A stretch of DNA of 39,972 bases from Candidatus Daviesbacteria bacterium GW2011_GWA2_42_7 (GTDB taxonomy: Bacteria; Patescibacteriota; Microgenomatia; Daviesbacterales; UBA10151): assembly GCA_000997105.1 (NCBI GenBank), contig LCEJ01000006.1, positions 1 through 39,972 on the forward strand, given 5' to 3'. The notes under the pieces were generated by a model. The model was given only the letters and a program-made list of their open reading frames with translations, was not told the DNA's origin and did no database searches. Below are positions 31,415 to 39,972 of the stretch, piece by piece. The number at the start of each line of letters is the position of its first letter. Positions within the stretch are counted from its first letter, which is position 1. The translations under genes were made by a program, and so were the position numbers.

Positions 31415-32104
31415 ATGAATTATTTGGAAAGAAACGAACTAATTTTGCAAGAAGTTGGGGAGCAATTTCATACCCATGCTTTTAGAAGAGGTCGGGAGGT
31501 AGGGCAGAGTCATGCAATAAGGTTTACTGCAATTGGCTCTTACCCATCTTCAGTATTAGGACATGATATACATGTCGGCCTCAAGGAAAGCATTCAGGGA
31601 GAAGAGTTGGAAACAAGATCTGATTTAGAGCTTGCGCGAATCGCTGTGATTGCCAAGCACCAACCCTTTTTGGCCTCTGCTTTGCCTGTCTTTTATGGCT
31701 GTTTGACTGAAAATGGTGAGAGGACTGCAATTGTCATGGAAGATTTTTCTCAAGGAGAAAAGTACAAAGTCAAACAATGGCCTTATAGGTGGGCAAATAT
31801 ACCTAGCATGTCAGAGTTACTGGAAGCACAAAAACAAGGAGACATGGATTATTTCAGCTTGCTCAACTCATGGCTTGTATTTAAAGAAAAACTAATACAC
31901 ATGGATCAAGGATTAGAACATGAGGATTACGATTTAACATCCATGTGTTTCACCGCAAATAATAGATTACGTTTAGGAGATTTTGACAAACTTTTCTTCT
32001 ACAGAAGCATGGAACAAATTTTTACCGATTTTCCCATAGATCTAACATTCGAAGAATTTGTAGAGTACACGAGAAGAAATCAGTTGAGAGCCAATTTACC
32101 CTAG
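31415..32104 (+). CDS. hypothetical protein, possibly a degenerate protein-kinase-like fold
   Basis: ..TAIVMEDFSQG.., ..HEDYDLTSMCF.. and ..LRLGDFDKL.. loosely parallel kinase-like hinge, catalytic-loop and DFG regions. The start is chosen 7 nt downstream of TATAAT (31402..31407). Alternatives are ATG 31409 and TTG 31379. Confidence 0.4.
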   Translation: MNYLERNELILQEVGEQFHTHAFRRGREVGQSHAIRFTAIGSYPSSVLGHDIHVGLKESIQGEELETRSDLELARIAVIAKHQPFLASALPVFYGCLTENGERTAIVMEDFSQGEKYKVKQWPYRWANIPSMSELLEAQKQGDMDYFSLLNSWLVFKEKLIHMDQGLEHEDYDLTSMCFTANNRLRLGDFDKLFFYRSMEQIFTDFPIDLTFEEFVEYTRRNQLRANLP

Positions 32105-32118
32105 GATAGATAAAAAAA

Positions 32119-33637
<1,519 letters not shown>

Positions 33638-33727
33638 AATATTTAGATGCTAGATATTAGATAGCTAGATAGTTAGTTTTAAAAACATAGTGTTTTTTAA
33701 CTATTATCTAGTATCTAGTTAACTAGT
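33638..33727. repeat. CTAGAT-word imperfect palindrome in the atpG-atpD spacer
   Basis: The arms TTAGATGCTAGATATTAGATAGCTAGATAGTTAG and CTATTATCTAGTATCTAGTTAACTAG flank a central A/T hairpin. Confidence 0.55.
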
Positions 33728-33738
33728 CCCATTCTTTC

Positions 33739-34632
33739 TCATTCCAACGCTGCTCCTGCAGAGGTTATCTCCAAAAGCTCGTTAGTAATTGCCCCCTGGC
33801 GTACCTGATTATAAGTAAGTGTTAAATCCGAAACAAGGTCTTTAGCATTGTCCGTTGCATTTTGCATAGCAATCATCCTGGCCGAATGTTCAGAGGCCCT
33901 GGTTTCAAGAAGCGCCTGGTAAATTTGGGTATCAACCAAATGTGTTAAAGCAAAGTCTAAAACCTGGTCCGCATCCGGTTCAAAGATAAACTCACCCGTT
34001 TTTCCTTCATCTGTCATTCCGGCCACTTCTCTGTCATTCTGGCGAATGACATTTGGGTCAACAGGCAGCAGTTTTACCAGTCTCGGTTCCTGGCGCAAGG
34101 TTGAAACAAAATGCGGATACACTAAATAGACCTCTCCTATTTCACAGTTATCAAAAGTCCTAAGCATAAAATTCCGCAACTTCATGGCCTGGGTAAAATC
34201 AATATGCTCAAAACTTTCAAAATCAGCCTCCAGGTTTTTTCCGGTCCTTACCACAAAATCCCGCCCCTTTTTCCCAACCGTATAGAAAACAATATTTTCT
34301 GCTTTTTTACCTGCAACTATGAACTCCGAACTCTGAACTAACCTTACCAAGTTGGTATTTAAGGCTCCACAAAGGCCCTTGTCAGTTGAAAAAACTAAAA
34401 CCCCGACCTTACCTGAGCTATTAGCCATTAAAAGCTTGTGGGCTTCCGGATGGATTTTACCGGATACTTGGGATAAGGCATAACTTATGATCGAACTATA
34501 AGGCCTGCCTGAAAGGGCCTGGCTTTGGGCCCGGCGCATTTTAGTGGCCGAAACCATCTGCATCGCTTTGGTAATTTGCGATGTATTTTTCACAGATTTT
34601 ATTCTTCTTCTAAGATCACGTGTACTAGCCAT
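33739..34632 (-). CDS. atpG: F1 ATP synthase gamma subunit
   Basis: ..IKSVKNTSQITKAMQMVSATKMRRAQ.. is the N-terminus and ..ITNELLEITSGAAAL is the C-terminus. Both are canonical. Confidence 0.93.
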   Translation of the reverse strand: MASTRDLRRRIKSVKNTSQITKAMQMVSATKMRRAQSQALSGRPYSSIISYALSQVSGKIHPEAHKLLMANSSGKVGVLVFSTDKGLCGALNTNLVRLVQSSEFIVAGKKAENIVFYTVGKKGRDFVVRTGKNLEADFESFEHIDFTQAMKLRNFMLRTFDNCEIGEVYLVYPHFVSTLRQEPRLVKLLPVDPNVIRQNDREVAGMTDEGKTGEFIFEPDADQVLDFALTHLVDTQIYQALLETRASEHSARMIAMQNATDNAKDLVSDLTLTYNQVRQGAITNELLEITSAGAALE

Positions 34633-34744
34633 ATACTTGTCAAATTAACCTAATTGACCTAATTTCTAATTACCTAATTAAATCCCAATGTACCAATTTA
34701 GAAATTTGGCATTGGTACTTATTTAGAGTTTAGAAATTAGAAAT
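34633..34744. repeat. CTAATT-word inverted-repeat element; miniature derivative of the four-helix-bundle cassette
   Basis: Left arm is AAATTAACCTAATTGACCTAATTTCTAATTACCTAATTAA. Core is ATCCCAATGTACCAATTTAGAAATTTGGCATTGG. Right arm is ..TTTAGAGTTTAGAAATTAGAAATTT. It fills the whole atpA-atpG spacer. Confidence 0.6.
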
Positions 34745-36367
34745 TTATTTAACTCCTCTCTTAAATGTTTCTACAAACTTTTTCGTGACACTCTCAAGCT
34801 TCTTGGTTAATTTTTCATCCAGTTCCTTTTTTTCGGCAATTTCTTTTAAAATTTCCTTCTCTTTAAGCTTTAAGTGGGATATAAATTTATTCTCAAAGTC
34901 CCTAACCTTTTCCACCGGTAGCTCATCCAGATACCCTTGAGTCACTGCCCAAAGGATAGCGATCTGTTCTTCAACAGGCACCGGTTGGTAAGGAGGCTGT
35001 TTTAAAATCTCTGTAATCCTTTTTCCTCTTTCAATTTGGGCCTTGGTACCGGGATCTAAATCAGAAGAAAACTGGGCAAAAGCAGCCAACTCCCTAAATT
35101 GGGCCAGGTCCAGCCTAAGCTTTCCGGCTACACCTTTCATAGCCTTATTTTGCGCCGATCCGCCGACCCGGGAAACGGAAAGCCCGACATTTAGTGCCGG
35201 CCTCATCCCGGCAAAGAAAAGGTCGGATTCAAGGTATATTTGCCCGTCGGTAATAGAAATAACATTGGTAGGGATATAGGCCGAAACATCACCGGCCTGG
35301 GTTTCAATAATCGGAAGCGAAGTTAGTGACCCCCCGCCAAAATCTTTAAGACTGCCATCAGGTAGTCGCAAGCTCTGCTTACTCATCCGGGCCGACCTTT
35401 CCAAAAGCCGGGAGTGGAGGTAAAAAACATCTCCCGGGTAAGCCTCACGTCCGGAAGGCCTTCGGAGTAAAAGTGAAACCTGTCGGTAAGCCCAAGCGTG
35501 CTTGGATAAATCGTCGTAGATAATCAAGGCGTCTTTTCCCTGGTCCATAAAATATTCACCAATCGCAGTGCCGGAGTAGGGGGCAAGGTATTGCATAGGT
35601 GCCGGGTCAGAAGCAGAGGCAGATACCACAATGGTATGGTCCATTGCCCCATGCTCTTCCAATTTAGCCACCAGCTGGGCAATCTTGGAGGATTTTTGGC
35701 CAATAGCTACATAGATGCAAATTACCGGAGAGCTTTCAGTCTTCAGACTCGCTTCGCTGTCAGATTTCAGACTTTTATCTTTTTTGTCTGACGACTGACG
35801 ACTGACGACTGACGACTTCCCTTGGTTAATAATCGTATCAACCGCAATGGTAGTTTTTCCGGTATTTCTATCACCAATAATAAGCTCTCTTTGCCCGCGT
35901 CCTATCGGGATCATGGCATCAATTGCTTTAATCCCGGTCTGCAAGGGGACTGAGACGCTCTGGCGGGTAATAACTCCGGAGGCCACTTTTTCTACAGGGT
36001 AAGACTGCTTTGTTTTAATCGGTCCTTTGCCATCAATCGGTTTCCCTAAGGCATCAACCACCCGGCCTAACATCTCCTCACCAACCGGGATTTGTAATAA
36101 CTTGCCGGTAGTTTTTACCTCGTCACCCTCGCGGATCCCGGTAAAATCCCCTAGGATAATTGCCCCCACGCTGTATTGTTCTAAATTCAGGGCCAAACCG
36201 AAAACCCCACCGGGGAATTCAATAAGTTCTGATGCCTGGACCTCCGATAGCCCTTCAATCTTGGCAATACCGTCACCAACCTCAACCACTTTACCCACAT
36301 TCTGCTTTGCAGCTTTGGTTTTTAAGTTAAAAATATCACTCTCTATTGATTTAATTAAATCGCTCAT
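34745..36367 (-). CDS. atpA: F1 ATP synthase alpha subunit
   Basis: Walker A GDRNTGKT is present, and the protein is collinear with the remembered E. coli AtpA apart from an insertion of about 28 aa between ..TIINQ and ..CIYVAIGQK. Confidence 0.95.
   Translation of the reverse strand: MSDLIKSIESDIFNLKTKAAKQNVGKVVEVGDGIAKIEGLSEVQASELIEFPGGVFGLALNLEQYSVGAIILGDFTGIREGDEVKTTGKLLQIPVGEEMLGRVVDALGKPIDGKGPIKTKQSYPVEKVASGVITRQSVSVPLQTGIKAIDAMIPIGRGQRELIIGDRNTGKTTIAVDTIINQGKSSVVSRQSSDKKDKSLKSDSEASLKTESSPVICIYVAIGQKSSKIAQLVAKLEEHGAMDHTIVVSASASDPAPMQYLAPYSGTAIGEYFMDQGKDALIIYDDLSKHAWAYRQVSLLLRRPSGREAYPGDVFYLHSRLLERSARMSKQSLRLPDGSLKDFGGGSLTSLPIIETQAGDVSAYIPTNVISITDGQIYLESDLFFAGMRPALNVGLSVSRVGGSAQNKAMKGVAGKLRLDLAQFRELAAFAQFSSDLDPGTKAQIERGKRITEILKQPPYQPVPVEEQIAILWAVTQGYLDELPVEKVRDFENKFISHLKLKEKEILKEIAEKKELDEKLTKKLESVTKKFVETFKRGVK
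35737..35818 (-). repeat. GTC(G/T)TCAG-word palindromic element inserted in frame in atpA
   Basis: The plus strand reads CAGTCTTCAGACTCGCTTCGCTGTCAGATTTCAGAC-TTTTATCTTTTTT-GTCTGACGACTGACGACTGACGACTGACGAC. It encodes ..[30 protein letters not shown]... Confidence 0.65.
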
Positions 36368-36758
36368 ATAATTGCGTCTTTAGTGCCGCTATTTTTTGGG
36401 CCAAGGAATTATCATACACCAAATCACCGATTTTCACCCTAACCCCTCCTAAAAGTTTGCCATCAACCCCAGCCTGTACAGCGTTTACATTGTGTTTTAC
36501 CTTTACAGCTTTAGTAACTTCATTTACCTGAGTGGAGGAAAGGGGTACAGCGCTTGTAATCTCAAGGGCTGTTTTTCCTACTTCTGTTTTAATCCTTTTT
36601 ACAAATTCGGACAGGGCAGCAATCGCCTGAGGGGCAGAAAGAGATTTAAGATCTCTAACAAACCTTTCGGCTTTTTTGGTATCAAGCTCACCCCGGGAAT
36701 TAAAACTTGCCAAGGCATATTTTTCTACAACCTTCTTCAATCTTTTATCAATCCTCAT
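36351..36758 (-). CDS. atpH: F1 ATP synthase delta (OSCP) subunit, short form
   Basis: The gene sits between atpF and atpA. The C-terminal ..[22 protein letters not shown].. is typical of delta. It overlaps the atpA start by 17 nt. Confidence 0.8.
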   Translation of the reverse strand: MRIDKRLKKVVEKYALASFNSRGELDTKKAERFVRDLKSLSAPQAIAALSEFVKRIKTEVGKTALEITSAVPLSSTQVNEVTKAVKVKHNVNAVQAGVDGKLLGGVRVKIGDLVYDNSLAQKIAALKTQLYERFN

Positions 36759-36793
36759 ATATAAATTTGAGAGCTTTGCTCATCTAACTTCAT

Positions 36794-37285
36794 TTAAAGC
36801 TCCTTTATTGATTTATCAATCAAATCTTTTTGATCTTTCCCGTAGATTACTTTGCCGGTTACTTTTTGCATTGCCAAAACTACCAGGTTGGAAATTTCCT
36901 CCCGCACCTCCTGGTGTAACTTTTCCCGCTCCCGTTTCATTGCCTCCTCTGATTTAGCAATCATTTTTTTAATATCCTCACCGGCCTTAACATGCGCCTC
37001 ATTGATAATCTGCCCGGCAGCCTGGGTTGCCTCTTTGATAACTTCTTCTGCTTCCTTACCGGCTTTTCTTAGAGCCTCTTCACGTTCCTCGCTGATCTTT
37101 TGTAACTTTTTCTCAATTTCTTCGGCATTTTTCATGCTCTCGGCAATAACTCCCTTCCTTTTTTCGAGCATCCCCAAGATGGGTTTATAGAGGAACTTCT
37201 TTAAGATAAAAAGGAGTATAAAAAAGTTAACCGCCTGCGCAGCCAAAAGGACAGGTTTAACTCCAAAGTCATTAAGAAAATCCAT
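36794..37285 (-). CDS. atpF: Fo ATP synthase subunit b
   Basis: A single N-terminal TM segment is followed by a long charged helix. The position in the operon fits. Confidence 0.85.
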   Translation of the reverse strand: MDFLNDFGVKPVLLAAQAVNFFILLFILKKFLYKPILGMLEKRKGVIAESMKNAEEIEKKLQKISEEREEALRKAGKEAEEVIKEATQAAGQIINEAHVKAGEDIKKMIAKSEEAMKREREKLHQEVREEISNLVVLAMQKVTGKVIYGKDQKDLIDKSIKEL

Positions 37286-37287
37286 GA

Positions 37288-37362
37288 TTAGTTATGAGTT
37301 CACAGTTCATAGTTCATGGACAGAGAAAGTTCTTCTATGAACCATGAACCAATAACTATGAA

Positions 37363-37365
<3 letters not shown>
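37288..37365. repeat. GTTCAT-word palindromic element, intergenic copy (atpE-atpF spacer)
   Basis: Sequence is ..GAGTTCACAGTTCATAGTTCATGGACAGAGAAAGTTCTTCTATGAACCATGAACCAATAACTATGAACT. The arms are reverse complements of each other with a few mismatches. Confidence 0.7.
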
Positions 37366-38318
<953 letters not shown>

Positions 38319-38337
38319 ATTTTTTACCCGACGCTCT

Positions 38338-38367
38338 ATTGTACCTGAGGAAGTAAAACAGCGTCAA
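38338..38367 (-). promoter_or_regulatory. atp operon promoter TTGACG-18 nt-TACAAT (minus strand)
   Basis: The reverse complement reads TTGACGctgttttacttcctcaggTACAAT, 19 nt upstream of the atpB ATG. It is back-to-back with the tyrS -10 box. Confidence 0.5.
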
Positions 38368-38395
38368 CCTAAAATTTGTGTTGTATAATCAAGCT

Positions 38396-39499
38396 ATGAC
38401 CAATGACGAAAAATTTAATCTAATCACCAGAAACCTGGAAGAAACCCTGACCCCTGAGGAATTAAAGTCCTTAATAGAATCCGGAACCCCTTTAAAACAC
38501 TACATAGGTTTCGAAATTTCCGGAAAAGTCCATTTAGGAACCGGGCTTTACGCTATGCTTAAGATTAGGGACTTGCAAAAGGCTGGGGTAGAGACAACCG
38601 TCCTTTTAGCCGACTGGCATACTTGGCTTAATAAAAAGCTTGATGGCACTTTAGGGACCGCTTCAAGACTGGGAAGGGAGTATTTTCAGGAAGGGTTAAA
38701 AGCAGCCGCCCTTTGTGCCGGGGCAGACATTGAAAAAATCGAGTTTGTCTTAGGCAGTGAACACTACCAAAAGTCAGGCTTGGGTTATTGGTCAGCTGTA
38801 ATTAAAGTCTCCAAGGCTACAACCCTAGCCCGGATGATGCGTTCAACCACCATCATGGGACGCAAGGAGGGAGAAATCTCCGATGCAGCCATGTTGATTT
38901 ACCCCCCGATGCAGGCAGCCGATATCTTTACCTTGGGAGTCAATCTTTCCCATGCAGGCACAGACCAGAGAAATGTCCATGTTGTCGCCCGGGACACTGC
39001 TTCCGAAACAGGTTTCCCTAAGCCCATGGTTATCCATCACCATTTACTCCAGGGATTACTCAAACCACCTGTCTGGCCAATTCCTGAAGGTGACAGGGAA
39101 GCGGCGGTTGAGGCAATTAAAATGAGCAAATCCAAACCGGACAGTGCAATATTTATCCATGACACTCCCGAAGAAATAAGAAGAAAATTGAGTAACGCCT
39201 TTTGCCCCGAGGGGGAAGTGAATTTCAATCCTATTTTGGATTGGGTAAAACATTTAATCTTTTGCGACCAAGATTCTAAATTGGAAATTAAGAGGGATGA
39301 AAAGTGGGGAGGGAATTTGACCTACACGTTCTATGGAGACTTAGAAAAAGACTATGCAGAGAAAAAATTGCACCCTCAGGACTTAAAAAACGCTGTGGCC
39401 GAGTGGTTAATCATCAAACTTGAGCCGGCCAGGAAATACTTTGAAGACCCAAAAAGAAAAGCAGCTTTAGAAGAGATTGAGAAATTAACATCGAGATAA
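38396..39499 (+). CDS. tyrS: tyrosine--tRNA ligase, archaeal/eukaryotic-type (no bacterial C-terminal S4-like domain)
   Basis: The protein is collinear with the remembered M. jannaschii TyrRS (..YIGFE.SGK.HLG.., ..YP.MQ..DI.., KMSKS, ..LHP.DLKNAVAE.LI..LEP.R). The start is set at ATG 38396, 6 nt after TATAAT (38384..38389). Confidence 0.88.
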   Translation: MTNDEKFNLITRNLEETLTPEELKSLIESGTPLKHYIGFEISGKVHLGTGLYAMLKIRDLQKAGVETTVLLADWHTWLNKKLDGTLGTASRLGREYFQEGLKAAALCAGADIEKIEFVLGSEHYQKSGLGYWSAVIKVSKATTLARMMRSTTIMGRKEGEISDAAMLIYPPMQAADIFTLGVNLSHAGTDQRNVHVVARDTASETGFPKPMVIHHHLLQGLLKPPVWPIPEGDREAAVEAIKMSKSKPDSAIFIHDTPEEIRRKLSNAFCPEGEVNFNPILDWVKHLIFCDQDSKLEIKRDEKWGGNLTYTFYGDLEKDYAEKKLHPQDLKNAVAEWLIIKLEPARKYFEDPKRKAALEEIEKLTSR

Positions 39500-39534
39500 T
39501 TACTAATTAACCTAATTACTAATTGACCTAATTA
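39500..39534 (+). repeat. CTAATT-word left arm of the four-helix-bundle gene cassette
   Basis: TTACTAATTAACCTAATTACTAATTGACCTAATTA shares ATTAACCTAATTGACCTAATT-type words with 11415..11440 and 34652..34690. Confidence 0.6.
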
Positions 39535-39891
39535 ATGACTAATGGAGAAAATGACAAAAAGTTTGATTTAGAAGAAAGAACAGCGAAATTTGGTGAAAAT
39601 ATAATTAAATTCTGTCAGAAAGTTCCTAGAGGCCCAATAACAGACCCTTTAATTACACAATTAGTTAAATGTGGAACCAGTACCGGTGCAAATTATTGCG
39701 AAGCAGACGATGCTGAAAGCAGACAAGATTTTAGGCATAAAATTGGAATTTGCAAAAAGGAATCAAGAGAGTCAAAGCACTTTGTTAGGATGATTGTAAT
39801 GGCTTTGCCAGAACTTAAAGAAGAAGCCAAACCATTATGGCAAGAAGCCAAGGAGCTAAACTTGATATTTAACTCCTACATTCAAGGTTGA
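39535..39891 (+). CDS. four-helix-bundle protein (23S rRNA intervening-sequence protein family)
   Basis: ..FDLEERTAKFGENIIKFCQKVP.. and ..QLVKCGTSTGANYCEADDAESRQDFRHKIGICKKESRESKHF.. match the remembered family pattern (GANY.EA......DF..K......E..E). Confidence 0.8.
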   Translation: MTNGENDKKFDLEERTAKFGENIIKFCQKVPRGPITDPLITQLVKCGTSTGANYCEADDAESRQDFRHKIGICKKESRESKHFVRMIVMALPELKEEAKPLWQEAKELNLIFNSYIQG

Positions 39892-39971
39892 ATCGCAACC
39901 CCTCCCATTTGTAGCTCTCTAAAGAATACCTCTTTTGGGGTGTAAAATCCAAGACACTTTCTGGGTCTATC
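39882..39971 (-). mobile_element. IS30-family transposase, C-terminal 29 codons (gene continues beyond the right edge)
   Basis: Hand translation of the minus strand gives DRPRKCLGFYTPKEVFFRELQMGGVAIQP*. NRPRK.LG..TP.E.F is the characteristic IS30 transposase C-terminus. It overlaps the 3' end of 39535..39891 by 10 nt. Confidence 0.6.
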
Positions 39972-39972
39972 G

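Noticed and set aside
34318-34345. AACTATGAACTCCGAACTCTGAACT in atpG as a GTTCAT-family insertion
   Set aside because: Only one arm-like stretch is present, and the gamma subunit shows no extra length here relative to the remembered E. coli AtpG. Chance or ancient co-option cannot be separated.

Overview
This 39,972-bp window reads like a chromosomal segment of a small-genome, Patescibacteria/CPR-like bacterium. That placement is an inference from gene content only, since no database search was possible: a MurT/GatD pair, a short PheT, an archaeal-type TyrRS, a ThrRS without a TGS domain, free-standing LAGLIDADG and GIY-YIG genes, and a four-helix-bundle 'IVS protein' gene. Core content: F1Fo ATP synthase genes atpB-E-F-H-A-G-D on the minus strand (38318->32119), with atpC displaced about 4.4 kb away behind its own promoter; thrS-infC(ATT start)-rpmI-rplT; pheS-pheT; murT-gatD; a class A PBP; tyrS; a disrupted thrC; and eight tRNA genes (Gly, Phe, Val x2, Leu x3, Tyr). 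Accessory content is concentrated at 1.3-8.1 kb: Fic, a triple zinc-ribbon protein, GIY-YIG, DUF378, a BRO-N protein plus an Lnu/ANT-like nucleotidyltransferase, a GIY-YIG pseudogene, and a LAGLIDADG gene wedged into a tRNA-Leu duplication. An IS30-type transposase fragment sits at the right edge. Most interesting signals, in order: (1) families of hairpin-forming short repeats that occur in intergenic spacers and also as in-frame insertions inside atpD, atpA, gatD and pheT; (2) a conserved nested-hairpin 5' leader in front of two diverged paralogous small membrane-protein genes; (3) a roughly 280-nt promoter-to-terminator structured RNA upstream of a cupin gene; (4) a homing-endonuclease ORF bracketed by a tRNA-Leu 5'-half duplication and reading into the intact tRNA; (5) a four-helix-bundle gene cassette with two miniature derivatives in operon spacers; (6) a recurrent -10 box 6-8 nt upstream of the start codon (leaderless geometry) at ten genes. 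All alignments, counts and folds were done by eye. Family assignments rest on remembered motifs, not on searches.
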